Position numbers and translations under genes: made by a program. Below, one piece after another: positions 29,631 to 40,927 of a stretch of DNA of 64,000 nt. Below the pieces are notes generated by a model. It saw only the letters and a program-made list of their open reading frames with translations, did no database searches and had not been told where the DNA came from. The stretch comes from Alphaproteobacteria bacterium. GTDB lineage: Bacteria; Pseudomonadota; Alphaproteobacteria; GCA-2731375. Every line of letters begins with the position of its first letter. Positions within the stretch are counted from its first letter, which is position 1. The DNA is taken from positions 128,001 through 192,000 of the forward strand of contig CBDDBZ010000035.1 in the NCBI GenBank assembly GCA_965225945.1. Reading direction: 5' to 3'.

Positions 29631-30641
29631 TCATTGGGTCTCCACGCCCCCCCTCTGTCGGCCGAACAGGAACTGCGCCGGATCCTGGCCGATATCGTCC
29701 ATCAGCCGAGTGGCGCTGCCGACCAGGATCCGCGCCTCCTCGACGAACTTGGTGAGCTCGACCAGGCCGTCCGAGGCGAAGACGTCGATCGATTCCCGAT
29801 TGGTCGTGATCACGTCCTCGACCTCGGTGGTCAAGCGGTCGAGGCTCTGGGCCGTGGCGCGAAAGTCGGCCACCAGCAGGCGCAGATCGTTCCCGACCAC
29901 CCCGTCCAGCGTGCCGAGCGTGCCCCGGGTCACCGCCAGGGTCGCGCTCACCTCGTCGATCGCTTCCCTGAACTCCGGCACCAGGGCGCGCAAGTCGGCG
30001 GCCGCCGCCGAGAGATCGGCCGTCATCTTGTTGATGTTGTCGATGGCCGACTCGATCTCCGGTCCCTTCGCCGCGACATGGCGGCTGACGATTTCCACGT
30101 TATCCAGGATATTGGTGAGATGAGCGAGGTTCTTGTCGCTGACCATCAGGACCGCGCGATTGACCAGAATGGCGAAGCGGTCGATCAGCTCCGGCGCGCC
30201 GGTGAAGAGTTCCTGGATCGCGGACGGCATGGAGGCGATTTTCGGCACCTCGCCGGCGCGCGCGGGCGGCCAGAGCAGTTTCTTCTCGGCGCTGCCGCCC
30301 GAGAGCTGAATGTAGGAGACACCGGTGATTCCCTGGAACTCGAGCGAGGCCACCGTGTCCTCGCGTACCGGCGTGTCGGCCCCCAACTCGACGGCCACCA
30401 AGACGCGGCTCAAATTCTCGCGGTCGATCTTGATCCGAGCCACCTCGCCGACGCGGATGCCGTTGAAGCGGACGTCGCCGCCGACGGAGAGGCCGGTGAC
30501 GGCATTGTCGAAGGTGATGTCGTAGGTCGCGACCTGGCGATCGATGTCGATCTTCGCCAGCCAGATCACGAAGCCGAAAAGTCCGGCCACGACCGCCAGG
30601 ACGAAGCAGCCGATAACGACGTGGTTGGCCTTGGTCTCCAT
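29631..30641 (-). CDS. MlaD/MCE family protein
   Basis: METKANHVVIG, GLSVGGDVRFNGIRVGEV, QGITG, coiled coil. Confidence 0.9.
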   Translation of the reverse strand: METKANHVVIGCFVLAVVAGLFGFVIWLAKIDIDRQVATYDITFDNAVTGLSVGGDVRFNGIRVGEVARIKIDRENLSRVLVAVELGADTPVREDTVASLEFQGITGVSYIQLSGGSAEKKLLWPPARAGEVPKIASMPSAIQELFTGAPELIDRFAILVNRAVLMVSDKNLAHLTNILDNVEIVSRHVAAKGPEIESAIDNINKMTADLSAAAADLRALVPEFREAIDEVSATLAVTRGTLGTLDGVVGNDLRLLVADFRATAQSLDRLTTEVEDVITTNRESIDVFASDGLVELTKFVEEARILVGSATRLMDDIGQDPAQFLFGRQRGGVETQ

Positions 30642-30656
30642 CGCCCGGACGCCGCT

Positions 30657-31509
30657 TCAGTCCGCCATGGCCGGAACGCTATCGTTCCCGGGGCCATCGT
30701 TCCCGGCGCCGGCGGCCATCGTGTCCTGGGCCGCGCGGGCCCGGGGTCCGTGGAAGTATTCGTGCACCCAGGGGTGCGTCACCCGCAACATTTCCGCCAT
30801 CGGTCCCACGACGAGCACGCGATTTTCCGCCAGCACGGCGATTCGATCGCAGACAGCCCAGCACGGCGATTCGATCGCAGACAGCATAGAGCGTGTCGAG
30901 GTCGTGCGTCACCATCATCACCGTGAGGCCCAGGTTGCGCTGCAGGCGGCGGATCAGTTGGTCGAAGGCGGCCGCGCCGATCGGGTCGAGGCCTGCCGTC
31001 GGCTCGTCGAGGAACAGCAGGTCCGGATCCAGCGCCAGGGCCCGGGCGAGGCCGGCCCGCTTACGCATCCCGCCGGAGAGCTCCGAGGGAAACTTCGAGC
31101 CCGCCTCGCCCGGCAGGCCGGCCATGGCGATCTTCAGCGCCGCGATCTCGTCCATCAACGATTGCCCCAGCCTCAGATGCTCGCGCAGCGGCACCTGCAC
31201 GTTCTGCGTCACGGTGAGCGAGCTGAATAGCGCGCCGTCCTGGAACAGGACCCCCCAGCGGGTTTCGATCCGCCGACGCTGGGCCGGCTTCGCCTTGCCC
31301 ATGTCGAGGCCGAAGACCTCGATCGTGCCCGCGACCGGCCGGTTGAGGCCGACGATAGTGCGCAGCAACACGGACTTGCCGGTGCCAGAGCCGCCGACGA
31401 TGGCCAGAATTTCGCCTTTGGCGACGTCGAGATCCAGTCCGTCGTGCACCACCTGCGAGCCGAACTGATTGCGCAGTCCCCGGACGCGAATGATCGGCTG
31501 CTCGCTCAC
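30657..31509 (-). pseudogene. MlaF-type ABC ATPase, frameshifted near the C-terminus by a 28-bp tandem duplication (30830-30885)
   Basis: GGSGTGKS, LSGGMRKR, LDEPTAGLDP, VTHD; native tail HPWVHEYFHGPR lies in another frame. Confidence 0.85.
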
Positions 31510-31593
31510 GCTCCGCCTCCCTTCAACATCGATCGCGCCCGCCCGCTTTCCCCCCCCTGCCGCTTTCCCGGTTCGCCTCGAACATGAAACCCG

Positions 31594-32727
31594 CTAGACC
31601 CCCACGGTCGAGAAGAAGACGGAAAACAGCGCGTCGGCGACGATGACGAGGAACAGCGAGGTGACCACGGCGCGGGTGGTCTGGCGGCCGACGCTCTCGG
31701 CGCTGCCGGAGACGCGGAAGCCCTCGAGGCAGCCGACGATGGCGATGATCACGCCGAACACCGGCGCCTTGATCATGCCGGTCCAGAAGCTCCAGATACC
31801 GACCGCATCGCCCAGGCGTTCGAGATAGACCGTGGGCGCGATGTCCAGCACGGCCCAAGTCATGATACCGCCGCCCAAGAGCCCCATCATGTCGGCGAAA
31901 AAGGCGAGCAACGGCAGGGCAATGGCGAGCGCCAGGAGGCGCGGCAGCACCAGCACCTCCATCGGGTCGAGACCGAGCGTGCGCATCGCGTCGACTTCCT
32001 CGCGCACCATCATCGAGCCGATGGCGGCGGCGAAGGCGCTGCCCGAGCGGCCCGCGACGACGATGGCGGTCATCAGGATGCCGATCTCGCGCAAGACCGA
32101 GATGGCGATCAGGTCGACGACGAAGATTTCCGCCCCGAAGCGCTGCAGCACCACCGCGCCCTGATAGGCCAGCACCACGCCGATCAGGAAGGAGAGCAGT
32201 CCGACGATCGGCAGCGCGTCCAAGCCCACCTGCTCCACGTGATGGACCAGCGAGGTGAGCCGCAGGCGATGCGGCCTGACCAGGGTTCCGAGCAGCGTGG
32301 TCATGACCTGGCCCAAGAAGCCCACCACCTGGCGCCCTTCCTCCAGCGCCTCGAGCGTGGCGACGCCGGTCCGCGCGAGGATCTGGAGCAACGCGTTCGG
32401 GCGTGGCGGACCCGAGGCGCGCGGCCGGTCGTTGGCCGCCACCTGCTCCAGCATCACCCGGTGCTCCGGCCGGATGCCGGCGAACTCGGCGATGATGCCG
32501 GCGGCGCCGTATTCCTTCACCGTGCGATGCAGCAGCCAGGCACCGGCGGTATCCAGCCGCTCGACGCCTGCGATGTCGAAGGTGACGTGACGGGCATCGG
32601 GCGGCCGGGCGGCCTTGAGCCGGGTCTCCAGCGCGCCGGCATGGGTGATATCCCAAGCGCCACCCGCCTCGATCACCAGGCGGCCGACCTCGACGCGCTT
32701 TTCCTCGAGCCAGAATGCCTCGGCCAC
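31594..32727 (-). CDS. MlaE permease with N-terminal STAS domain
   Basis: LDTAGAWL, LREIG, AGRSGSAFAA, EEVDAM. Confidence 0.9.
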   Translation of the reverse strand: MAEAFWLEEKRVEVGRLVIEAGGAWDITHAGALETRLKAARPPDARHVTFDIAGVERLDTAGAWLLHRTVKEYGAAGIIAEFAGIRPEHRVMLEQVAANDRPRASGPPRPNALLQILARTGVATLEALEEGRQVVGFLGQVMTTLLGTLVRPHRLRLTSLVHHVEQVGLDALPIVGLLSFLIGVVLAYQGAVVLQRFGAEIFVVDLIAISVLREIGILMTAIVVAGRSGSAFAAAIGSMMVREEVDAMRTLGLDPMEVLVLPRLLALAIALPLLAFFADMMGLLGGGIMTWAVLDIAPTVYLERLGDAVGIWSFWTGMIKAPVFGVIIAIVGCLEGFRVSGSAESVGRQTTRAVVTSLFLVIVADALFSVFFSTVGV

Positions 32728-32831
32728 GACGCTCCCCCACTCCAGGGCAACCGATCGGCAAGGTCGCATGCCGCCGGGGCAGGTTCAAGCGAGGGGCGGG
32801 GGAGCGGGGGGTCCGGTCGGGTCGGGCAAAG

Positions 32832-34250
32832 CTAGACGTCGAGCGACCTGGCCGTCTCGCGGATCACCTCCCAGGCACGGCACAGGTGGTCGCGGTCCGT
32901 CGTGGTCTGGCCGATCGAGACGCGGATCACGTAGTCGCCCCCCAAGATCGTCTGGGTCAGATAGACCCGACCGTCGTCGTTGAGCCGCTCGAGGAGGCGG
33001 CGATTGAGGCGATCGAGCGCGCCCACCGCGACGCCGGGCGGGCGGTAGCGAAAGCAGAAGAGGGCGAGACGCGCCGGCGTCATCAGCTCGAAGTCGGGTT
33101 CCGCCTCGATCCAATCGGCGGCCTCGCGGGCGAGCGCGATGTGGCGGCGGACGATCGTCCGCAGGCCTTCGACCCCGTAGCTCTGGATCACGAACCAGAG
33201 CTTGAGCGCGCGAAAGCGACGGCCGAGCGGCACGCTCCAGTCCCGATAATCGATCACCTGGCCGTGCCGGTAGCCCCTGAGGAACTCCGGCAGGATCGTC
33301 AGGGTCCGGATCAAGCTCGCGGGGTCGCGGACGAAATGGGCCGAGCAATCGAAGTTGGTCAACAGCCATTTGTGGGGATTGAAGACGAAGCTGTCCGCGG
33401 CTTCGATGCCGTCGATCATCCAGCGGGTTTCCGGCAAGATGAGCGCGCTGCCGGCCCAAGCCGCGTCGACGTGGAGATAGAGGTCGTGGGCACGGCAGAT
33501 CTCGCCGATCGGGCGAAGCGGGTCGAAGCCGGAAGCGCCGGTGGTGCCCAGCGTGGCGATCACGGCGATCGGCCGCTTGCCGGCGGCGAGGTCGGCCACA
33601 ATCGCGCGCCGGAGCGCGTCGGGGCGGAGCGCGGCGGCTTCGTCGACCGGGATCTTGCGCAGATTGGCAGCGCCGATACCGGCGATCCGCGCCGCCTTCT
33701 CGATCGAGGAGTGGGTCTCCTCCGAGCTGTAGAGCGTGAGTGCCGGGCCGCCGGCCAGGCCTTCCGCGTTGCCGCGCCAATCGAGCGCGCGCTCGCGGGC
33801 GGTGAGGATGGCGCACAGCGTGGCGGTGGAGGCGGAATCCTGGATCACGCCGACCAACCCCTCCGGCAGGCCCAGCATTCCGAGCAGCCAGTCGAGCACC
33901 CGGGTTTCCATCTCCGTCGCCGCGGGCGAGGTCTCCCACATCATGCATTGCGCGCCGAGCGTCGCCGTCAGCATCTCCGCCAGCACCGAGGGCGGGCTGG
34001 AGTTGGCCGGGAAATAGGCGAGGAAGTTCGGATGCTGCCAGTGGGTGATCCCGGGCAGCACGTCGGCTTGAAAGTCCTCGAAGATACGCGCCATCGGCTC
34101 GCCCGTCTCGGGCGGCGTGGCCGGCAATTTGGCGGCGATCTCGCCGGGTTCGACGGTTGAGCGAACCGGATAGCGCTCGACGTCGGCCAGATAGTCGGCC
34201 ATCCAATCGACCATGGCGTGGGCGTGGCGGCGAAACTCGTCGGGTTCCAT
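32832..34250 (-). CDS. Aromatic-L-amino-acid decarboxylase (group II PLP)
   Basis: PGITHWQHP, SPAATEME, HVDAAWAG, NPHKW, GRRFRALKLW. Confidence 0.92.
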   Translation of the reverse strand: MEPDEFRRHAHAMVDWMADYLADVERYPVRSTVEPGEIAAKLPATPPETGEPMARIFEDFQADVLPGITHWQHPNFLAYFPANSSPPSVLAEMLTATLGAQCMMWETSPAATEMETRVLDWLLGMLGLPEGLVGVIQDSASTATLCAILTARERALDWRGNAEGLAGGPALTLYSSEETHSSIEKAARIAGIGAANLRKIPVDEAAALRPDALRRAIVADLAAGKRPIAVIATLGTTGASGFDPLRPIGEICRAHDLYLHVDAAWAGSALILPETRWMIDGIEAADSFVFNPHKWLLTNFDCSAHFVRDPASLIRTLTILPEFLRGYRHGQVIDYRDWSVPLGRRFRALKLWFVIQSYGVEGLRTIVRRHIALAREAADWIEAEPDFELMTPARLALFCFRYRPPGVAVGALDRLNRRLLERLNDDGRVYLTQTILGGDYVIRVSIGQTTTDRDHLCRAWEVIRETARSLDV

Positions 34251-34405
34251 GTCCGGGTTACCTCCTCGCGTTCCGTTTCCGGGATGGGCCGGCGCGCGAT
34301 CTTGCCCATAGCATGATCACCCACGCGGAATCGCCTGGCCACTCGCGACGATGGCGGGATCGGCCCGTTCCACGGCGGCGATGATCGGCGCCGCGCGACG
34401 TTTTC

Positions 34406-34999
34406 TCACCTCAGATGGCAGGAGACCTCGTGGCCGGGGGTGATCTCGCGCAACACCGGCACCTCGACCCGGCAGCGTTCCTCGGCATAGGGGCAGCGGG
34501 TGTGGAAGTGGCAGCCGGACGGCGGGTTGATCGGGCTCGGCACGTCGCCCTCGAGCACCAGCTTGTTGCGCCGGAGCCGGGGATCGGGGATCGGCACCGC
34601 CGACAGTAGCGCCTCGGTATAGGGATGGAGGGGATTGGTGAAGAGCGTCTTCTTGTCGGTGTATTCGACAATTCTGCCGAGGTACATCACCGCGATCCGG
34701 TGGCTGATGTGCTCGACCACCGCCAGGTCGTGGGCGATGAAGAGGTAGGAAAGCTCGAATTCCCCTTGCAGGTCCATCAGCAGGTTGATCACCTGGGCCT
34801 GGATCGAGACGTCGAGCGCCGAGACCGGCTCGTCGCCGATGATCACCTTCGGGTTCAGCGCGAGCGCCCGGGCGATGCCGATCCGCTGGCGCTGACCGCC
34901 GGAGAATTCGTGCGGGAAGCTCTCCATCTGCGCGCGCCGGAGGCCCACCCGCTCGAACAGCTCGGCGACCTGTCGCTTGCGCTCGGCGCGGTCGCCTAC
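34406..34999 (-). pseudogene. OppF/DppF ATPase C-terminal half (Walker A missing)
   Basis: [30 protein letters not shown]. Confidence 0.85.
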
Positions 35000-35053
35000 A
35001 GGGCGGCTTCGCTCTCGCCGGCTTTGAGCGGAAGCGATCCTCGAGGGGCCGCC

Positions 35054-36782
35054 TCAGGCTTCGCTGCAAATCACGTTCAACAAGGCCTGGCGCCGTTCCT
35101 GGGTGACGGCATGGACGGCGCGGGCGAGTGCCGCGGGCAGCGCGTCGGGATCGCTCACCCGCTCGCCATGACCGCCGCAGGTGGCGACGACCTGCTCATA
35201 ATCCGGCGCCGGATCGAGCCGGCTCAAGGGAATATCGTTGCTCTGGACCGCTCGGCCCTCGGGATACATCGCCCGGGTGGCGCGGCGCACCGCGGCCCAG
35301 CCGGCGTTGTTGGCGATGATGAAGAGGACCGGCAGGTCGTAGGCCCGGGAACAGTAGTGCGCCGCCAGCGGGTTGCCGAAGAAGTAGGAGCCGTCGCCGA
35401 TCGCGGCGACCACCAGCTTTTCCGGCGCCGCCAGCTTGGCGCCCAAGGCCGCGCCCAAGCCCCAGCCGAGGCCGCCCGACGGCGGGGCACCGAAATAGCC
35501 GCCCGGCCGCGTTAGGCGAGCATGTTGCGGTGCGATGCCCATCTCGTTGATCAGGATCGCGTCACCCGCCACCACCTCGCCGACGCAGGCCGAAAGCCAG
35601 GCGGGCTGGATCGGACGGGCGCCGCGCGCGCGCGCTTCGGCCGCCCGCCAGCGCTCGCGGACCTCGCCTCGAGCGGCGGCGACCGTGGCGCGACGGGCCG
35701 CGACGCGGTTTGCGTCGGCGCCGGCCATCGCCTCGGCGAGCGCGGCCAAGGCGGCCGCGGGATCGGCCGCGATGGACAGTTCGGAGGGATAGCCGCGCAC
35801 CGGATAGCGGGTGTAGAGCGGATCCTCGGCCAGGTGGATCACCGCCGTGTCCGCCCGCACCGGATCGGTCGCGGGAATCCACGGCACGTCGCAATCCAGC
35901 ACCAAGATCACGTCGGCGCCCCCGACATGGGGCGAGGGTTCATAGTCCAGATGCATCGGATGGTCGTCGGCCAGGCAAAGATAGCGCGGGACGTGCGTCA
36001 CCACCCCGATCGCCTGGGCATTTGCGAGGTCGCCCAATTGCCTCGCCGCGTCGGGCGAGCGGCCGACGTCGGAGGTGACGATCAGCGGGTTCTCGGCGCC
36101 GGCCAGAAGCTCGGCGGCGCGCCCAACCTGTTGCGGGTCGGGGTGGCGAACGCCACTCGGCGCGGCCCTCGGCGGCGCCGTCGAGGGCGCCGCCGGCGCC
36201 GCCAGCACCTCGCGCGGTATGGTCAGATAGACCGGCCCCTCGGGTGCCGAGCGGGCGAGGCTGATCGCCCGGTCGACGACCACCTCGGCCTCCTCGGCCA
36301 CGCGCAGTTCGTAGTCCCATTTGACCAGCTCGCGCAGCATGCCGGCCTGGTCGAACATCTCCTGCGCCTAGTGGATGTGGCGGCTGCGCGTGCCCTGGGC
36401 CACGCCGCCGTGTTCGGTCAGCGGCGTGCGCCCGGCGAGCAGCAGCAGGGGAATGTTCATGCGATAGGCGTTGATCAGCCCGCAAATCGCGTTCGCGGTG
36501 CCGACATTGACGTGTAGCATCACCGCCAGCGGTTCGCCCGTCACCATCGCATAGCCGTGGGCCATGGCGACGGCGACGTTTTCGTGCGGCACGAGGAGCG
36601 GGCGTGGCGCGCCGCCCCCGCGCATCTCCGCCTCCGCCAGCGCTTCGATGATCGGCGGAAAATCGGTACCCGCGTTGGCCAGGAAATATTCCACGCCGGC
36701 CCGCCCGAGCCGCGCCAACACGACGTGGCCGACCGTCGTCTCCGCTACACGCGAGCAAGCGGCCGGACGTCGCCTCGCTCAT
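35054..36782 (-). pseudogene. Thiamine-diphosphate enzyme (acetolactate synthase-like) with a nonsense codon at 36368-36370
   Basis: HENVAVAMAHG, HIH*AQEMFDQ (Trp expected), GDGS...NN; 5' end also out of frame. Confidence 0.85.
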
Positions 36783-36805
36783 CCCTCGCTTCTCCCTCGC
36801 ATCGT

Positions 36806-37735
36806 CTAGATCCGAGCCACGAGCGGCCGTAGCGCCGCTATGTGTTCGGGGGAGAGGCCGCAACAGCCCCCCACGATCCGCACGCCGCTCTCGACCCATT
36901 GCGTCGCGAACCGCAACAATTCGTCCGGCGAGATCACGTCCTCGAAGTGCCAATTCGGCGTCTTGAAATGACCCGAGTCGGGATAGGCCATGAGCGGTCC
37001 CTGGAAGGCGCGGCCGAGAATGGCGAGGGCGTCGCCGGTGAGGTTCGCGGAGGTGTGCATGACACCGGCCGCCGCGACCTCGAAATCCTCGAGTATGCGA
37101 ACCACCTCTTCGAAGGCCAGGTCCCTGTCCCGCCTGAAGCTCAGCACCCGGCCGTCGTCGCCGCACCGGGCCGAGAAGCCGGCCCATACCGGCAGGCCCG
37201 TCGCCGTCGCGGCCTCGAAGGCGGGGCAGAGGGCTTCGGGGTCGTACATCATTTCCAGCAGAATCAGATCACAGCCCCCCTCGCGCAGCAGCCGGGCGAG
37301 TTCCCCGAAGGCCTCCCTCATCTCGGCTTGCGCCGGCACCCGGGTGAAGTCCAGCCTCGAGGTCTCCTTGTCGTCGGGCCACCTGTGCGATAGCGAGCCG
37401 GCGACCAGCACGTCGTCGCGCCCGCTGGCCTCTCGCGCCCGCAGCGCCGCGTCGATCGTGGTCCGGTTGATCTCCTCCAACCGCTCGCCGTAACCGGCCG
37501 GGCCGAGCACCAGCCGCGAGGTGGCATAGGTGTTCGTGGTGACGATGTCGGCGCCCGCGCGGATGTAATCGAGATGAATCCCCTCCAGCACCGAGGCGTT
37601 CTCGAGACTGGCCAGGCCGCACCAGACCTCCGCGTCCATCGCCACGCCCCGGCACTCGAGCTCGGTCCCGGTCCCGCCGTCGAGAACGACGATCCCGCCC
37701 GCCCGCAAGCGGCGCTCGATGTCGGCGTAACGCAT
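36806..37735 (-). CDS. Homocysteine S-methyltransferase family protein
   Basis: LDGGTGTEL, IVGGCCG. Confidence 0.88.
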   Translation of the reverse strand: MRYADIERRLRAGGIVVLDGGTGTELECRGVAMDAEVWCGLASLENASVLEGIHLDYIRAGADIVTTNTYATSRLVLGPAGYGERLEEINRTTIDAALRAREASGRDDVLVAGSLSHRWPDDKETSRLDFTRVPAQAEMREAFGELARLLREGGCDLILLEMMYDPEALCPAFEAATATGLPVWAGFSARCGDDGRVLSFRRDRDLAFEEVVRILEDFEVAAAGVMHTSANLTGDALAILGRAFQGPLMAYPDSGHFKTPNWHFEDVISPDELLRFATQWVESGVRIVGGCCGLSPEHIAALRPLVARI

Positions 37736-37781
37736 GGCTCGGACTCCTCATTGGAACGCGCGGGCCGACGCGCTCGGATAC

Positions 37782-37851
37782 GAGGTCAGGATAAAGGGAC
37801 ACAATACTTAACCTCATGAGGTTAAGTATTGTGTCCCTTTATCCTGACCTC
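37782..37851. repeat. Perfect 70-bp palindrome (REPIN-like)
   Basis: GAGGTCAGGATAAAGGGACACAATACTTAACCTCA followed by its exact reverse complement, no loop. Confidence 0.92.
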
Positions 37852-38608
37852 ACCCCCTGCCGACGAACGGCATCTTGCTCGCCATCACGGTCAGGAACAA
37901 AACGTTGGCGTCGAGCGGCAGGCTCGCCATGTAGACCACCGCGCGGGAGACGTTGTCGAGACCCATCACCGGCTCCGCCTCGACCCTGCCATCGGCTTGC
38001 GGCACGCCGCCGGCCATCCGCCGGGTCATCGGCGTCTCCGCGTTGCCGATGTCGATCTGGCCGCAGGCGATATCGTATTTGCGCCCGTCGAGCGAGGTCG
38101 ACTTGGTGAGCCCGGTGATGGCGTGCTTGGTCGCGGTGTAGGGGGCCGAGCCGGGCCGGGGCGTATGCGCCGAGATCGAGCCGTTGTTGATGATCCGCCC
38201 GCCCCGGGGCTCCTGCTCGCGCATGATCAGGAAGGCCTCGCGGGTGCAGAGGAAGGTGCCCGTCAGGTTGATGTCGACCACGCGCCGCCACTGCTCGGGC
38301 GTGAGTTCCTCGAGCGAGGTCGACGGCACGCCGCCGCCGGCGTTGTTGAACAGCAGGTCCAGCCGGCCGTGCGCCGCCTTGGTCCTGGCGAAGAGGTCGG
38401 CGACGGCGGCCTCGTCGGCGACATCGGCCGGCACCGCCAGCATCCGCGCGCCAATCTCACCCGCCATCGATATCGTTTCAGCCAACGGATCTTCCCGCCG
38501 GCCGGCGATCACGACGCCATAGCCTTCCGCCGCCAAGGCCAGCGCGGCGCCCCGGCCGATACCGCTGCCGGCGCCCGTCACCACCGCAATTCTGCCCTCG
38601 CCACTCAT
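37850..38608 (-). CDS. SDR oxidoreductase
   Basis: [17 protein letters not shown]. Confidence 0.92.
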   Translation of the reverse strand: MSGEGRIAVVTGAGSGIGRGAALALAAEGYGVVIAGRREDPLAETISMAGEIGARMLAVPADVADEAAVADLFARTKAAHGRLDLLFNNAGGGVPSTSLEELTPEQWRRVVDINLTGTFLCTREAFLIMREQEPRGGRIINNGSISAHTPRPGSAPYTATKHAITGLTKSTSLDGRKYDIACGQIDIGNAETPMTRRMAGGVPQADGRVEAEPVMGLDNVSRAVVYMASLPLDANVLFLTVMASKMPFVGRG

Positions 38609-38681
38609 GTCTCGCGTCCTCCTCGATTGCGCCCGCCATCCTGGCACAAGCCCGGGGGCGAGCGCGAGCGGGCGCGTGGCC

Positions 38682-39962
38682 TCACACGATCGCGTGCGGT
38701 ACCAGCTCGCTGCCGTCGGAAAAGCGCGAAAACCGGAAGGCGTGGAGGTCGAGCGAGGGCGCCGGGTCCAGGATCAGCTCGCTCACCAGGCGGCCGACGA
38801 TCGGTCCCATGCCGAAGCCGTGGCCGCTGAAGCCGGTGGCCAGCACCAGCCCGTCGGGCGCGCGCAAGCGGTCGATGGCGGGCAGCATGTCCGGCGTCAT
38901 GTCGATGCAGCCGGCCCAGGTGAAGTCGATCTCCACGTCGCGGGCGGCCGGCGCGATCGTGCGCAGCTGGTCGAGCACGCGGGCAAGCGTCGCGTGGTTC
39001 GGCTCGGGATCGAAGGTACGGTGGCGGGTCAATTCCCGCGCCAGGGCACGCTTCGAGAAACGGCTCCAGAAGGTGTCGAAAAACAGCCGGTTCAGATGCA
39101 GGGAGATCGCGCCCCGATTGGCCCGGAACTCCCGCCAGTAACGGGAGAACAGCAGCAGGCTGTCGATCGTCAGGTCGTGATCGGCCGAGCGGGTGGCGAC
39201 GTTCATCGTGCCGTCGCCGCGCTGGCGGTAGCCGACGCCGGTCCACACGGCGGGGTGGTTCAGCAGTGGCGCCGGCGTCGTCCGCGCGACCGAGCCCCGG
39301 ATCCAGACCTGCGGCAGCTTCAGGCCGAGGCCGCGCAACAGTCGGCTGGACCAGATCCCGGCGGCGCAGACCACGGCGGGCGCGCGGAACACCCCCTGCT
39401 CGCTGGCGACGCCGGAGACCGCGCCGCCCTCGGTCAGAATTTCGAAGCCGGCGCATCGGGTGCGAAATTCGACGCCCCGGCCCTCGGCGGCACGGCGAAA
39501 AGCGGCGGTGACCTTGCGCGGCTCGGCCTGGCCGTCGCTCTCGGTGAAGACCGCGCCCAGGCACTCGAAGCCGTTGCCCGGCACCACTTCGTCGATCTCG
39601 GCGCGCTCCAACAGTCGCGAGTCGAGGCCGAAGCCGCGCGCCGTCTCGAGCCATTTTTCCCAACCCCGCCGCTCCCGCTCGTCGGCGAAGGTGATCAGGT
39701 TGCCGCCCTGGAACCATTCGAGATCGGCGTTGAGCTCCCGCTCCAGGCCCCGCCAGATCTCGTTCGATTGCATCATCAGCGGAATTTCCGCCGGATCGCG
39801 GCCCTGCTGGCGGACGAAGCCCCAGTTGCGGCTCGACTGTTCGCCCGCGACCTCGCCCTTCTCCAGCACCAGCACGCGGGCACCGCGCTTGGCGAGGTAG
39901 TAGGCGCTGGTGGTGCCGGCGATGCCGGCACCGACGACGACGACATCGTACCCCTCGGACAT
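38682..39962 (-). CDS. FAD-dependent oxidoreductase (DAO family)
   Basis: [21 protein letters not shown]. Confidence 0.9.
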   Translation of the reverse strand: MSEGYDVVVVGAGIAGTTSAYYLAKRGARVLVLEKGEVAGEQSSRNWGFVRQQGRDPAEIPLMMQSNEIWRGLERELNADLEWFQGGNLITFADERERRGWEKWLETARGFGLDSRLLERAEIDEVVPGNGFECLGAVFTESDGQAEPRKVTAAFRRAAEGRGVEFRTRCAGFEILTEGGAVSGVASEQGVFRAPAVVCAAGIWSSRLLRGLGLKLPQVWIRGSVARTTPAPLLNHPAVWTGVGYRQRGDGTMNVATRSADHDLTIDSLLLFSRYWREFRANRGAISLHLNRLFFDTFWSRFSKRALARELTRHRTFDPEPNHATLARVLDQLRTIAPAARDVEIDFTWAGCIDMTPDMLPAIDRLRAPDGLVLATGFSGHGFGMGPIVGRLVSELILDPAPSLDLHAFRFSRFSDGSELVPHAIV

Positions 39963-39977
39963 GGCTCGGGCCGCCGG

Positions 39978-40763
39978 CTAAAGCTTGTAGCTCTGGTCCC
40001 GGGCGTCGAGCCGGCGCCGCAGCGCGGCGAAGACGTCGGCGTGGACCTTGACGCTCGCGTTGTCGTCGTCGGACTGCGCCTCGGTCGAATAACGGGCCGC
40101 CGCCTCCGGCACCGCCAGCACGCCGCCCGAGGTGGCCAGCGCGGCCGAGGCGGCGGCGACCTGCACGTCGCAGGCCCGCTGCAGGGTCCAGAGATTGAGG
40201 AAGGCCTCCGGGATGCTCGCCCCGCAGGCGAGCAAGCCGTGGTTCCGCAGGATCATCAGGTTCTTGTCGCCCAGGCTCGCCACCAGGCGCGGGCACTCGT
40301 CGTCGCGCGTCGTCACCCCCTCGAAGGCGTGATAGGCGAGCTTGTCGTGGAGGAAGGCGGAATAGAAGTTGGTCTGCGTCAGCCCGGCCTCGAGGCAGGC
40401 GACGGCGATCCCGGTCGTGGTGTGGGTGTGCATGATGCAATTGACGTTCGGGCGGGCCCGATGCACGGCGCCATGGATGATGGTGCCCGCCTTGTTCACC
40501 GGCCAGTCGCTGGCGCCGAGGATGTTGCCGTCGAGATCGATCTTCACCAGGTTGGACGCCGTCACCTCCGCGTAGAAGAGGCCATAGGGGTTGATCAGGA
40601 AATGCTCCTCCGGCCCCGGTACCTTGGCGGTGATATGATTGAAGATGAGCTCGGTCCAGCCGAGCATGTCGAAGATGCGGTAGCAGGCGGCGAGTTCCTC
40701 GCGCACTTCCGCCTCGTTCCGCCCGGCCTCGTTCCCCGCGTCGAAATCCACCAGCGCGCTCAT
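39978..40763 (-). CDS. Class II aldolase/adducin family protein
   Basis: FNHIT, IHGAVH, HTHT, LRNHG. Confidence 0.9.
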   Translation of the reverse strand: MSALVDFDAGNEAGRNEAEVREELAACYRIFDMLGWTELIFNHITAKVPGPEEHFLINPYGLFYAEVTASNLVKIDLDGNILGASDWPVNKAGTIIHGAVHRARPNVNCIMHTHTTTGIAVACLEAGLTQTNFYSAFLHDKLAYHAFEGVTTRDDECPRLVASLGDKNLMILRNHGLLACGASIPEAFLNLWTLQRACDVQVAAASAALATSGGVLAVPEAAARYSTEAQSDDDNASVKVHADVFAALRRRLDARDQSYKL

Positions 40764-40927
40764 CTCGCTCGTCTCCCGCCGTCGCCGCTACCATCCTCGC
40801 CGCTACTATCGTCCGCGCCACGGCCGGCGGCAAGCTCCACCGGTGTCGCCATTTGGGCCGTGGCCGGCGGCCTGGGCTTCCGATATAGTCCGCCACGCGT
40901 GGGGCGATCATCGAAGGAGAGCGGCTC

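Noticed and set aside
36368-36370. In-frame TAG as pyrrolysine or stop-codon recoding
   Set aside because: TAG is a normal stop in many genes here, the position is a conserved Trp, and the gene has a second lesion
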